Below, piece after piece: positions 1 to 20,466 of a stretch of DNA of 64,000 nucleotides; positions within the stretch are counted from its first letter, which is position 1; each line of letters starts with the position of its first letter. The position numbers and the translations under genes are program-made. Where the stretch lies: NCBI RefSeq assembly GCF_009914755.1, contig NC_060942.1; one strand, given 5' to 3'. The notes beneath the pieces were generated by a model that made no database searches, was not told the origin of the DNA, and worked only from the letters and a program-made list of their open reading frames with translations. Origin of the DNA: the human T2T-CHM13v2.0 reference genome, Homo sapiens.

Positions 1-55
1 AAACCTGCATGCTCTGCCCATGTATCCCAGAACTTAAAGTACAACAAAGAAAACT
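1..55 (+). mobile_element. 3' terminus of an L1PA element, cut by the window edge
   Basis: aaacctgcatgctctgcccatgtatcccagaacttaaagta followed by an A-rich tail matches the primate L1 3' end. Confidence 0.75.
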
Positions 56-1329
56 TTACATAAATGCATAAAGTCTAGAACAGCTAATATATTATAATGA
101 AATATCAACTATAATCCCAGCTCAAACAGAACACCATGAAATTATGAAGGGCTTTCCACAAATCTCTAAATTTATGTCTTCATAAGATTACATTTCTATT
201 TCTTCTTGAATAATTTCCTTATTTGAGCTATGATTTAGTGATAGTAAGACGGTAATTATAAGGAGAAACTTCTCCCAACACTCCATTGAGAAAATTCTGC
301 CTCATTTCACCACACACCAGAGTCTTAAGCAGTCACTTCTAATGTAGCTGAACAATAGATCCTCACCCACCTGAGTCTATGAATTGAATCAACATATGTG
401 AGATAAGGCCCCCAAGGAGTGGTAGTAAGCTGGGAATGCCATCAGCTCATCTTCCTTCAGGCCTATATTTGTCATTGTCACTTGTAGAAGCAGGACAGCC
501 CTGGCGTTGGGGTTGTTAGAAACAGAGAGTATCAAAGGGAAAACTGAAGTTCCCTAATTTTTGGAAAACAGCAGATTGGAGACAGATGGGCTCCAGCGTT
601 TTCCATGTGTGAGGTCATTATCCCAGGTAGCCTTGCTCAGGACCTCAGGACCACATTTCTTGTCAGCAAAACAGAAGTCAAATGATATTTCTACCTTCCA
701 AGAGAATAGAACATAATGTCAGATTTTCTCATGGATTCCCACAAGTTCAAGAAACTTTCATGGCCTTATTTAACTGCTTAAGCATTTCAACTAAAAAATT
801 GTCTTTCAAATACACAGGAATCTATTTGGAATAATTTTAACCAGAAAAAGTTGGAATTCTAAAGTAAAAAAATGCATAAGGCAATCAAAATTTTTTACAG
901 CTTTTAATTTAGATGTCAATGGGGAAAAAAACATTCTGAAATTTGCTTTTATACCATTAAAGACTTATTTTTTACTACCAGCAATACAGGGCAACTCATT
1001 CAGGTTGAATCTTGAAGGTAAACTTTAACTTAATTTTAAGTTTTGGCTAATTTTTAAGCATTTATCAATCACCTACCATGATTTCATCTCAGAAACCAAA
1101 ATCTCAATTTCATTTAGGCCTTTGAAATATTAAAACAGAAGGTTAAATGCTTCAAAAAAATATTCATGTAGAGGCTTATATATGTGGACCAGGAATCTCC
1201 CTGTATTACAAAGCTTATGAGAACATAACAAATGTTGATACACACATTTAATTCTAAAATAAAAACTTACAACAAATAAAACTGTAACAAATCAAGAAAA
1301 TTTTGTAGGTTTCACATTTTATGTCTGAA

Positions 1330-3584
1330 AATATAGGTATAAACACTCAAGGAAGGATAAAAGAAATCACAAGAGAAAATAGAAAATATCTAGAGACAAA
1401 TTAAAAATATGAAATACTGAAAGAGATACATCAAAAACAATACCATAAGGGAAAAATTTATAGCTATAAATGATAAAAAATAAGATACCGAATAAACAAC
1501 TTTACTCCTAAGGAACTAGAAACAGAGGGAAAAAGAGGGACTACTAAAAGAGGGACAACTAAAAGCTAGCAAAATTTAAAAATGATAAAGACAGCAGTGG
1601 AAATAAGTGAAATAGAGAAGAGAAAAACAATATGAAAAATCAACAAAACCAAGTTTGTTCTCTGAAAAAGATCAAAACTGACAAAATTTTATCTAGATTG
1701 ACTAAGGAAAAAAAGGGAATACTCAAATTACTAAACTCAAAAATAAAATGGGGTACATTACTAACAAATTTTTGGAGTAAAAAAAGGATGTATGAGAGTA
1801 CCATAAGGAACTATACACTAAAAAATTGAATAACCTAAATAAAATGAACAAATTCCTAGAACAAAAAACCTACTAAGACTGAATCAGAAAAGTTGAATAA
1901 ACCTATTCAGCAAGGAGATTCACCAAGAAGATGACATCAGTAATCAAAAACCCAGCAACAAAGAAAAGCCTGGACAAGATGGCTTCACTGTTGAAATCTA
2001 CCCAACGTTTAAAGCAGAATTAAACACCAGTTTTTCTCAAACTTTTTCAAAACGTTGAAGAGGAGGTAACATTTTCTAACATATTCTATGCAGACAGTAT
2101 TACCCCGACACCAAGTCAGACAAAGGCACCATAAGAAAACTACAAACAAACATCCCTTACAAATGCTGATGCAAAAATCCTCAACAAAATACCAGCAATT
2201 CAAATTTAGCAGTACATTAAAAGGATTATACACTATGAATGAGTATAATTGACTCCTGAAATAAAAGTATGTTCCAACACATGAAAATCAGCATATCACA
2301 TTAACATAAAGAAGGAAAAAACCCTCATGTGATCATCTTAATCAAAGAAGAAAAAGAATTTGTCAAAATTTAACCCACATTCATGATAAAATATACTTAA
2401 TAAGCTATAAAAAGGAATAAAACACCTTAACATAAGGTTATATTAAAAAAATACACAGCTAACATTATAATGAAAGACTGAAAGCTTTTACCCTAAGAGC
2501 AAAATCAAGGATGCCTGCTTTTACTACTTCTATTTAATATAGTACTGAAGGTTCTAGTTAGTTAAAACAATAAGGCAAGTAAAACAATAAAACATATTCC
2601 AATTTTTAAAAAAGTAAAATTTTCTGTTCGCAGATGACATAACCTTGTATATTAAAAATCTTTTAGTTTCTGTGAGATAAACTATCAGATGCAATAAATA
2701 ACATTCAGCAAAACTGCAGGATACAAAATCAACACACAAAAATCGGTCGTATTTCTACAATAACAAACCATCTGAAGAAGAAATCAAGACAACAGTATCA
2801 TTTATGATAGCATCAAAAGAATAAAATACTTAGAAACCAATTTAACCAAGGAAATGAGAAACCTGTACAGCAAAAGTATAAACATTGCAGGAAAGTATTA
2901 AAGATAACACAAATAAATGAAAAGACATCATGTGTTTATGGACTGGAAGACAAAACCTCATCAAGATTCCATTGTTATCAATAGTCATCTACAGATTCAA
3001 TAAAATCACTATAAAGATTCCAATATTTGCAAAAATACAAAAACCTATTCTAAAATTCAGATGAAATCTCAAAAAACCCCAAGTAGCCAAATCAATCTTA
3101 AAAACTAACAAATTAGAGGACTAACACCTCCTGGTTTCAAACTTACTGCAATGCTTCAGTACCCAAAACAATGCTGTACCACCATAGAGACAGACATAAA
3201 GACCAATGCAATAGAAATAAAGAACCAAAAAAACACAGTCATGATTTTTAACAAGGGAGTCAAAACTATGGGGAAAGGACAGTATATTTTTAAACGGTGT
3301 TAAGAATGAATATTTACATGGAAAACAATACAGTTGGAGCCTTATTTTACACCATATAAAAAACTTAATTTAAAATGGACTAAACATCTAATTGTAAGAG
3401 CTAAAACTATAAAACCCTTAGAAGAAACATAGGAAAAATGTTTCATAACATAGAATCTGGCAATAATTTCTTGGATATGACAGTGAAAGCACAGACAACA
3501 ACAACACCAAAAATACATAAAAAGAACTTCATCAAAGTGACAAGCTGTTATGTATCTGAAGACACAATCAATAGATTGAAAATG
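1330..3584 (+). mobile_element. Old degraded L1 (L1M-type) ORF2 remnant, left part; host of the younger L1
   Basis: A-rich degenerate ORF2 motifs, e.g. gatgcaaaaatcctcaacaaaatac, gcagatgacat (RT ADD core) and caggatacaaaatcaac; no intact ORF; left boundary approximate. Confidence 0.8.
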
Positions 3585-3874
3585 GAATAGGAACAGCTCT
3601 GGTCTACAGCTCCCAGCGTGAGCGATGCAGAAGGACGGGTGATTTCTGCTTTTCCATCTGAGGTACTGGGTTCATCTCACTAGGGAGTGCCAGACAGTGG
3701 GCGCAGGTCAGTGGGTGCACGAACCGTGCACAAGCCGAAGCAGGGTGAGGCATTGCCTCACTCGGGAAGCGCAAGGGGTCAGGGAGTTCCCTTTCCTAGT
3801 CAAAGAAAGGGGTGACAGACAGCACCTAGAAAATCGGGTCACTCCCACCCGAATACTGTGCTTTTCTGACGGGC

Positions 3875-4018
3875 TTAAAAAAAACGGCGCACCATGAGAT
3901 TATATCCCACACCTGGCTGGGAGGGTCGTACGCCCATGGAGTCTCGCTGATCGCTAGCACAACCGTCTGAGATCAAACTGCAAGGTGGCAGCGAGGCTGG
4001 GGGAGGGGTGCCCGCCAT
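3875..4018 (-). pseudogene. L1 antisense ORF0, truncated to 47 aa
   Basis: MAGTPPPASLPPCSLISDGCAS... matches the ORF0 N-terminus; frame lost at the A8 run near 3877-3884. Confidence 0.75.
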
Positions 4019-4469
4019 TGCCCAGGCTTGCTTAGGTAAACAAAGCAGCCAGGAAGCTCGAACTGGGTGGAGCCCACCACAGCTCAAGGAGGCCTGCCTG
4101 CCTCTGTAGGCTCCACCTCTGGGGGCAGAGCACAGACAAACAAAAAGCAGTAACCTCTGCAGACTTAAATGTCCCTCTCTGACAGCTTTGAAGAGAGCCG
4201 TGGTTCTCCCAGTACACAGCTGGAGATCTGAGAATGGGCAGACTGCCTCCTCAAGTGGGTCCCTGACTCCTGACCCCTGAGCAGCCTAACTGGGAGGCAC
4301 CCCCCAGCAGGGCACACTGACACCTCACATGGCAGGGTACTCCAACAGACCTGCAGCTGAGGGTCCTGTCTGTTAGAAGGAAAACTAACAAACAGAAAGG
4401 ACATCCACACCAAAAAACCCATCTGTACATCACCGTCATCAAAGACCAAAAGTAGATAAAACCACAAAG

Positions 4470-5486
4470 ACGGGGAAAAAACAGAACAGAAAAACTGGAA
4501 ACTCTAAAAAGCAGAGCGCCTCTCCTCCTCCAAAGGAATGCAGTTCCTCACCAGCAATGGAACAAAGCTGGATGGAGAATGACTTTGATGAACTGAGAGA
4601 AGAAGGCTTCAGACGATCAAATTACTCTGAGCTACGGGAGGACATTCAAACCAAAGGCAAAGAAGTTGAAAACTTTGAAAAAAATTTAGAAGAATGTATA
4701 ACTAGAATAACCAATACAGAGAAGTGCTTAAAGGAGCTGATGGAGCTGAAAACCAAGGCTCGAGAACTACGTGAAGAATGCAGAAGGCTCAGGAGCCGAT
4801 GCGATCAACTGGAAGAAAGGGTATCAGCGATGCAAGATGAAATGAATGAAATGAAGCGAGAAGGGAAGTTTAGAGAAAAAAGAATAAAAAGAAATGAGCA
4901 AAGCCTCCAAGAAATATGGGACTATGTGAAAAGAACAAATCTACGTCTGATTGGTGTACCTGAAAGTGACAGGGAGAATGGAACCAAGTTGGAAAACACT
5001 CTGCAGGATATTATCCAGGAGAACTTCCCCAATCTAGCAAGGCAGGCCAACATTCAGATTCAGGAAATACAGAGAACACCACAAAGATACTCCTCGAGAA
5101 GAGCAACTCCAAGACACATAATTGTCAGATTCACCAAAGTTGAAATGAAGGAAAAAATGTTAAAGGCAGCCAGAGAGAAAGGTCGGGTTACCCTCAAAGG
5201 GGAGCCCATCAGACTAACAGCTGATCTCTCAACAGAAACCCTACAAGCCAGAAGAGAGTGGGGGCCAATATTCAACATTCTTAAAGAAAAGAATTTTCAA
5301 CCCAGAATTTCATATCCAGCCAAACTAAGCTTCATCAGTGAGGGAGAAATAAAATATTTTACAGACAAGCAAATGCTGAGAGATTTTGTCACCACCAGGC
5401 CTGCCCTAAAACAGCTCCTGAAGGAAGCACTAAACATGGAAAGGAACAACCGGTACCAGCCACTGCAAAATCATGCCAAAATGTAA
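4470..5486 (+). CDS. L1 ORF1p: open 338-codon frame with native start mutated to ACG; in-frame ATG at 4557 gives 309 aa
   Basis: acaaagACGgggaaaaaacag at the canonical start; 1017 nt without a stop; REKG, ARREWG and YPAKLS motifs intact. Confidence 0.85.
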   Translation, partial: TGKKQNRKTGNSKKQSASPPPKECSSSPAMEQSWMENDFDELREEGFRRSNYSELREDIQTKGKEVENFEKNLEECITRITNTEKCLKELMELKTKARELREECRRLRSRCDQLEERVSAMQDEMNEMKREGKFREKRIKRNEQSLQEIWDYVKRTNLRLIGVPESDRENGTKLENTLQDIIQENFPNLARQANIQIQEIQRTPQRYSSRRATPRHIIVRFTKVEMKEKMLKAAREKGRVTLKGEPIRLTADLSTETLQARREWGPIFNILKEKNFQPRISYPAKLSFISEGEIKYFTDKQMLRDFVTTRPALKQLLKEALNMERNNRYQPLQNHAKM

Positions 5487-5549
5487 AGACCATCGAGACT
5501 AGGAAGAAACTGCATCAACTAACGAGCAAAATAACCAGCTAACATCATC

Positions 5550-9476
<3,927 letters not shown>

Positions 9477-9663
9477 TAATGCTAGATGACCAGTTAGTGG
9501 GTGCAGTGCACCAGCGTGGCACATGTATACATATGTAAAATAACCTGCACAATGTGCACATGTACCCTAAAACTTAAAGTATAATAAATAAAAGAAAAAA
9601 ATATAAATATAAACATATAAAATAATAAAATAAATAAATAAATAAATTTTTAAAAATTAAAAA

Positions 9664-10570
9664 AATAGATTAAAAATAAATTCATGAAGGGAAAGAAAAT
9701 ATTCACACATTATGTATTTGGTAAGTAATTAATATCCGGGCTATATAAAGACCTCAGCAACAACAACAAAACAATCAAATTTAAACATGAGCAAAGGTTT
9801 TAAAATACACATTTCTCTAAAGAAGATATGCAAATGACCAGTAAGCACAGGATAAGGTGCTCAGCATCACTAATCATGAGAAAAAAGTAAATCCAAACCA
9901 CAATGCAATACCAACTGACACATGTAAGCATAGCTGCCATCAAAAAAAACCCCACCAGCAAAGCAAAACAACAAAGCCCCAGAGAACAGCAAATGCTGGA
10001 TGTGGAGAAGTCAGGACTCCTGCACACTGCTGGTGGGAAAGTAAGATGGCACAGCCACTGTGGAAAACAGTAATCACCATATGATCCAGTAATCCCACAT
10101 CTGGGTATATACCCCAAAAAACTGAAAGTGGGAATTTGTACACCCATGTTTATAGCAGCATTCACAAGAGCCAAAGGGTAGAAAAAGCCCAAATCTCCAT
10201 CTACAGATGAATGGATAAGCAAATATGATTGATACACACAATATTATTCAGCCTTAAAAAGAAAAGAAATTCTAATACATGCTACAACATAAACCTTGAA
10301 AACATTAAAACAAAAAAATGCAAATACTCCATGCTTTCCACTTTTATAGTGTACCTAGAGCAGTTAAATTCATAGACACAGAAAGTAGGATGTGGTTTCC
10401 AGGGGATGGGGGGAAGGGAAAGGGGAGCTATTGTTCCGTGGATACAGAGTTTCACTTTGGGATGATAACACAGGTTTGGAATGGATACTGGTGATAGTTG
10501 CACAACAATGTATTTCTACTTAATGTACTTAAATTTTCTCTTATACATATTTCACCACAGAAAAAAAATT
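9664..10570 (+). mobile_element. Continuation of the old L1M (ORF2 3' end and L1MA/MB-type 3'UTR) after the L1PA insertion
   Basis: Resumes at the TSD; cacatttctctaaagaagatatgcaaatgacc and gggatgataacacaggtttggaatggatactggtgatagttgcacaacaatg. Confidence 0.75.
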
Positions 10571-12811
10571 AGCAAATATTTAAAAATCTACATGTTTCTT
10601 TGAACTGTTTCTTTACGTCCCTTGTCCATTTTTCAATTTGGCTGTTGGTCTTTTAATAATTTAGGATAGCTATATAGCTATATATATACATATATATTAC
10701 ACAAATTAGCTTTTTGTCTGTCATGTATGTTGCAGATCTGTTTCCCCAGTCTGTTGACTTTTGACTTTGATGCATTTTTCTTGCCTATAAAGTTTTAATT
10801 TTTATGGAGTCAAATGCATCAGTCTTCTATTCAAAGACTTATTTATGGGTTTGGTGTTTCAGTTTAGGATGAAAAAGAAGTTGTAGATATGGATAAAGGA
10901 GATGGTTGTACAACACATTATATTGGACCACTCAACTGTACGTTTAAACATGGTTAAAATGGTAAGTTTTAATGTTGTATATATTTTACCACCAAAAAAG
11001 GGCCAGGCTTAGATATTTATATGTTAGGGGTTTGGAGTACCTCTAACATTTATTCCCCTACAGGGCTCTAATTTATAAAACTCCCACACAAGAAAAGTAG
11101 ATACTGACTTCACAAATCTCCTTACAAGTCCCACAGCAAGGGCTGTCTGGGAAAGCAGAGGTGGAAAAAGTCACATAAACTTGAGATCAGTGTGAGACCT
11201 CCCATCCCCCACTCTGGAATCAGATGGAGGAAGGCAGGCATGCAGGCTGAGCTGGAGAGATGAGCTGGGGTGGGCAGAACTGTCTTCCCATGAGCCTAGA
11301 CCTTAAGTGCTCCCACATGATCTCAGGCATGTATCAAACCAAGAAAGCGGCTAGGAGGGCAACACATCTACCTGTATACAGGGAGCTATGAAATACGTGA
11401 GCTGCGCAAGTGATGCACAAGGAAACGGAAGCAGTATGACCTTTACACAGTGACCTGGCTCAAATAATTTCAGGCTGTCATTAACCAGGCGAGCTCCACT
11501 TTCTCTCTGAGGTAGGTAAAATTGAGGGGGTAAAGTGGGAGTTGGGGAAAATGGAAAAGAAAGCCTGGTAGTATTTCTTCTAACTCTGTCATAAATAAAA
11601 AGTAAAACATAGATGCCATTTCTCAGGGCCCAAATGTTAGGTGAAAAATGTTTGTCATCTCAGTCATGTGATGTGGACTTCAGCAGAGCAGTACACACAT
11701 GGTCATTTATCCTTTCCCTCTGCATGTTGTGTGCTTTTTCAGTTTATAATGTACCTGATCCACTTGTCTCATCACACTAGCTGCAAACAAGGCCACTGAA
11801 TGTCACAGCAGGTGGCCGGCATGTCTGTGAAGGGCAGAAACTGGGGCAGCCAAACAGCTGGCAGAGGCCAGCTAGGAAGTACCTGATGCCCACTCCATAG
11901 AGGACTCCACACTTAAAAGACAAGATCAGCAAGTGTCAGGCTGCCTCACTAGTTATCCCCCCAAATAAAAAAATAAAAGTAACCCCCTCCAGGGAACGTG
12001 TATGTGTACACACAAAAGTACATGCACACAGCTATATGCAAATGGGAAAGGCTTGGAAGGAACCAAATCCACCTCTGAACACCAGTTACTTGTGGGGAAG
12101 GGGCAGGTGAAGCCAACTGTCAGCATTACTCACCTTTTCAACTGATGAGCTTACATCAATTTTGGCAATTTCTCATAAAAAGGCAATTTTCACTCCTTGG
12201 GTGATCACCCAGGTCCTGCAGAACTGAGCCACCAACAACCACCTGCACCACTTCCCATGAGGCCAAATAATGGCTTCCCTCAAAGCTCAGCCCTCCCACC
12301 CACCTCCCAGTCCTCTCCCATGCAGGGGGCTGCCGGCCTCCTGGGGTACAGGGGTCCAGGCCAAACCCAATCCACGCATGGTTGGTGAAACCAGCACGTA
12401 TCCAAGGGCCTTTCCCCCACCTGGGCCATGTGCCCACTGCATAGATAGGCCTGTGCTTGCTCCCCTAGGACAGAGACTCCCTTTTCTTCCATTGGAATGA
12501 GGAGTGGGGAGATTTAATGGTGTCCTGTACAGGTTGGGTGTTAATCTGATGTGGTGCTCTTGGAGAAGCTTGCTTGAGTTCGGCGCTTTCTCAGCACGTG
12601 GTGTGTGCTGCCCCTTCAAGCTGCAGGAGTCCCAGAAAGTAAGTGCTGCTGCAACCCCCATTTACTGGTGAACAGAGGTCAGGTGATCTGCAGCCAACCA
12701 AGCAGCTGCTAAGTGGCCAACAGGCTGGATCTGCATCTAACTTGCAGAGGCCCTGCCTGGATGCTGGGGCTGTCCTGAGACTCCCTCCTCCTCCTCCTCT
12801 TCCCTCCACAG

Positions 12812-15017
12812 CTCTCCTGGCTTCTATCCAAAGCTGTGTTCCAGGTGGGGAACACCTATGGATGCACCAGGGTGCAACTACTCAGAGTCCAGTGTGCAGA
12901 AGGGCCCCTGCTCTATGCTGTTTCCGTATCCAAGCCCAAGCTCTTCTAGAGCTTCAGCAAATCCAAGCCTCCCTGAATTCCCTGCAAGACCAAACTGAGC
13001 CCTACAACCCCCACCACTCTGGTTAGCTGCCAGTCCCAGCCCCTGTTCCCTCCTGGGCCCCTGTCTGTACAGTTCTGAAGTCCTACAAGAATGTTGAGAT
13101 CCTAAGCCGACTCTCACCCAAAGAGGTAAACAACCAGGGGCCTCCAGGTTGAGAGAATATACCCAGACAGGTTCTGCTGCCTGTAGGCTTGATGTCTTTC
13201 CCCTACAACACGCCTTGCTTGCCAGGCTGGAAGAGGGGCTCCAGAAACTTGGGAAACCTGGGCCTGTAGCTGGCATGTGGAAAAGAGGCCTGGAAAAGCA
13301 CCATTCCTGTCCATGAAGCCCCCAGATGGAACCAGGTAATTGGGAAATACATGGGCACCAAGCCTGAACCCCCCTCAGACCCAGGTGGGAACTGCAGTGG
13401 TGACTTGCCCCCTCTGCCAGTCTGGCTGTACCACTACAGGAGGGAGGAACATCTAGCCCCACGCGTGAGTGGAGACACCAGGTGTGGGCAGGTTCCAGTG
13501 GTTGCTGCAGCTGAACCTTCCTAACCAGGTCCATGCGAGACCATCTCAGATGGGTGTGCACCTGGGTTGGGCAAGGACACCCCTCAGACAGTGAGAGCCA
13601 CTGAGGAGGGCTGTCACAGAGGCCCCTTTTCCTGCTCTTAGAACAGGTTGGGCGAGTATGGGGGAGTGTGGGGGAGTATGGGGGAGTATGGGGGACCTCT
13701 CCCACCTCCCAGCTGCTTCCAGGAGCCACTTCTTTCGAGATGAGACTCTCCTGCCTGCCTGTTCCCATTTGGCTGCAATAGACCATTGACAACATTCAGA
13801 GAACAAGAAGGGGCCTCACCTGTTTTCCCTGACACGTAGGAGGCAGATGGGCATTCCCAGGGGACCTGGGGTAGAGCCTGTTCATCTGCCCACCCCCAGG
13901 CTATGCTGGCTTCATCTTATCTGTGCGATAGGGCTGGGGGTGGGGGTGGGAATTACCAGGAGACCATCACACAGGCCGTGGACAAGTTCTACAAGAGCCA
14001 GGGAGAAGAACACTGTCCGTGCATGCGTCCCAGCACCCAGCTCACACATCTCTCATTTGACAGCTTCCCCAAAGCAGGCTTTGCAGTCCAGGCTCCCCAA
14101 GAAGCCAGGGGAGGAGACTCTGCCAGGCTGAAGGGTCTGTCCCCAAAGGTGCCACCCTCACCAGGCTCATCCTGACAATCTTGGATTATTTTTGCCCTGA
14201 AGTTTTGGAGTGGGGGACAGGGAGAGAGCAGACAGTACTCATTAGCCACCTTTCCAGAGAGCATCAGCCCTCCAGACTGGGGCAGGTCAGACCTCCACTC
14301 AGGCATTTTTCTCACTGGTTGCCAGTTGGGGGAAGCAGTATTTGTGAGCACCTGCCTGTCTCCCCAGGTCCTGTTCAGAAACCCCATCTGTGCCTTTGGA
14401 GGGACTGCCCTGCGCACACAGGCCCAGCAACCACCATCTACGGCCCCCAGGACCTAATCCCCTTCTACTTGGGATTCAGTGCATGTTAGCAGACACTGGG
14501 CTTGATTCCTGCCTAGTCCCTGCCAGATATCCCATGCCCACCTCATTAAGAGAATGAGGCCACACAAACACACCCAGGCCATCGTGATGATGGAGTGCCT
14601 GGGGTCCCACTTGCCCACCCTTCATTGCTGGTTCAGAGCCAGCTCTGACCACATTCCTACCCTGAGATGGGACTCTGGGGACATTGTCCACCAGGGTCAC
14701 TGACCCCTTTTAACGTTCCAGAAACATGGCCAGCTGGTCCCCTAGAAGTTTGGTATATGGGATAAGCCAAGGCTTGCCTTCAGCAACAGGTTTTCCACCA
14801 CATCACTGCCCAAGGCCCAGGGCATCACCAAGTTCATGTGAAGCCTGCCTGCCATGTCCACAGCCCATACCGACCCCTCCTGGAGCCACTGGAATGCTTG
14901 TTCCTGGGCATGTGATGAACCCAGACAGCTTCCGCCTTGCAGGACAACTATGCGCATCTGGCAGCAGTAGCCAGAGGGCCCATAGAAAGAAGATGGAGGC
15001 AAAACCAGATGCTGTGA
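12812..15017 (+). pseudogene. Unprocessed FAM166A (CIMIP2A)-like pseudogene; exon remnants ~12812-13021, 13073-13335, 13426-13549, 13900-14001, 14368-14484, 14935-15017
   Basis: Collinear peptides GFYPKL..QVGNTYG, SVQKGPCSML, SKSKPP, QDQTEPYNPH, ENIPRQVLLP, EAWKSTIPVHEAP, LYHYRREE, GYAGFI, QAVDKFYKSQ, VLFRNP, IYGPQDLIPFYLGF and LQDNYA match FAM166A as recalled; introns retained; frameshifts and lost splice sites; exon 1 not located. Confidence 0.85.
13650..13695 (+). repeat. 10-bp tandem repeat (GGGGGAGTAT) with four G5 tracts; potential G-quadruplex
   Basis: gggggagtgt gggggagtat gggggagtat ggggga. Confidence 0.8.
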
Positions 15018-15023
15018 GAATAC

Positions 15024-15029
15024 TTTATT
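15024..15029 (-). terminator. AATAAA polyadenylation signal of the tubulin gene
   Basis: tttatt on +, ~145 nt downstream of the native TAG. Confidence 0.75.
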
Positions 15030-15046
15030 AGTCAAAACCGCATACT

Positions 15047-15053
15047 ATAAAAA
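15047..15053 (-). promoter_or_regulatory. Candidate cytoplasmic polyadenylation element (UUUUUAU) in the tubulin 3'UTR
   Basis: ataaaaa on + reads TTTTTAT on -, 17 nt upstream of AATAAA. Confidence 0.55.
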
Positions 15054-15174
15054 TGCTTTAAAACGCAGCAGGAGATGTGAAGACACAAATTAACAAGCGT
15101 ATAGTGACACATGGCTGTCAGAACACAGTAAAGAATCCACACTGCTTCCCCCCTTTACCTAGAAAAGGAGAGTT

Positions 15175-16276
<1,102 letters not shown>

Positions 16277-16725
16277 TCATCAGTGGTCACCACCATAATG
16301 CAGAAAGGGCCAAGTGTCACATGTGAGGTGAAAGCACCATTCGCCCTGCAGGTGGAGCAAATGAAACTCCCTCCTCCAGAGTTACAGGACAGCAGCTTCC
16401 CCTGTTAGAAATTAAGACAGGAGTCAAACCTGAGACGGGTTCACAGACCTCGCTGCAGGTGGCTCCTGCCCATTCTCAGGAAAGGCAGTAGCCACGGCCC
16501 CAGCTCAGCTCCCGGCAGGGACATCAGTAGCTCCTCACCTTGAGGAGACACCGGGGCCTTCCTCCCGAAGCCCATTTAGGAGGCAGATGAAGCGACTCGA
16601 CTCGGCGGATAGGAGGGTGTTCAGGGGCCCTGGCGCCACAGTTCCCACAGGATGACCTTGGGCACTCCTGGATTTTGAGCTGCCCTGGCTAAGGAGCCGC
16701 ACCCCAGTCCTCGCCCGCAGCTCAC

Positions 16726-16836
16726 CGGAAATGAAGTTGTCTGGCCTGAAGACCTGCCCGAAGGGCCCCGAGTGCACAGAGTCCATGGTGCCCGGCTCCA
16801 GATCCACGAGCACAGCGCGGGGCACGTACCTGCCAC
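16726..16836 (-). CDS. TUBB8B: Tubulin exon 3 (111 nt)
   Basis: cgcag/GT GGC AGG TAC ... TCC G/gtgagc; [20 protein letters not shown]. Confidence 0.92.
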
Positions 16837-16914
16837 CTGCGTGGGGCGGGAGGGCATGAGCGAGGGGAGGGCCGCGTTCCCAGGAGGGCGGTGGGAGAAG
16901 GACGGGGGTCGCAC

Positions 16915-17023
16915 CGCTGGCCTCGTGGTGGTGCACGTTGATGCGCTCCAGCTGCAGGTGGCTGTCCCCGTGGTAGGTGCCAGCGGAGTCGATGGCATGT
17001 TCATCAGAGATCACCTCCCAGAA
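16915..17023 (-). CDS. TUBB8B: Tubulin exon 2 (109 nt)
   Basis: ttgcag/TTC ... AGC G/gtgcga; [36 protein letters not shown]. Confidence 0.92.
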
Positions 17024-17286
17024 CTGCAAGAGACGGGAGGGGCCAGACAGGCCGGGGCTGAGTCACGGAGGCGCCCCAGCCGCTCTCCCACCCCCACCCG
17101 CACCCCCATCCCTAGGCCGCCCTGTCCCTGGGGTCCACCCCAGCCGCCTCGCCAGCCACCCGGTTCCACCGTCCCCGGCAGGGAGCCCAGGGGCCGCAAT
17201 GCAGGGGCACCGCTCCCGCCACTGCCAACATCTTCCCCAGCCACCCGGCAGGCCCGGGCTGGGCCCTCAGAGCCCTGGCTGCCAAC

Positions 17287-17343
17287 CTTGGCGCCGATCT
17301 GGTTCCCGCACTGCCCGGTCTGCGTGAGCACGATTTCCCTCAT
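17287..17343 (-). CDS. TUBB8B: Tubulin exon 1 coding part (57 nt, MREI...GAK)
   Basis: gccATG context; donor AAG/gttggc. Confidence 0.92.
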
Positions 17344-17399
17344 GGCCAAGGCAGGATTAGGGCGGCAGCAGAAGCGCGAGAAGGAGGAGCAGACGCGCA

Positions 17400-17470
17400 G
17401 CGACCCAGCCCGCCCTCCGCTAACGCTTAAATAGCCCCGCGTCCACCTCCCTCAGCCTCCGATTGGGCTC
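17400..17470 (-). promoter_or_regulatory. Tubulin core promoter (TATTTAA 17427-17433, CCAAT 17462-17466) at the edge of a CpG-rich region ~16500-17470
   Basis: Motifs read on the - strand about 85-120 nt upstream of the ATG. Confidence 0.65.
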
Positions 17471-17474
17471 CCAG

Positions 17475-20466
<2,992 letters not shown>

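Noticed and set aside
12878-13795. 305-aa minus-strand ORF
   Set aside because: Antisense to the GC-rich FAM166A pseudogene, crosses its introns, and has no recognisable domain
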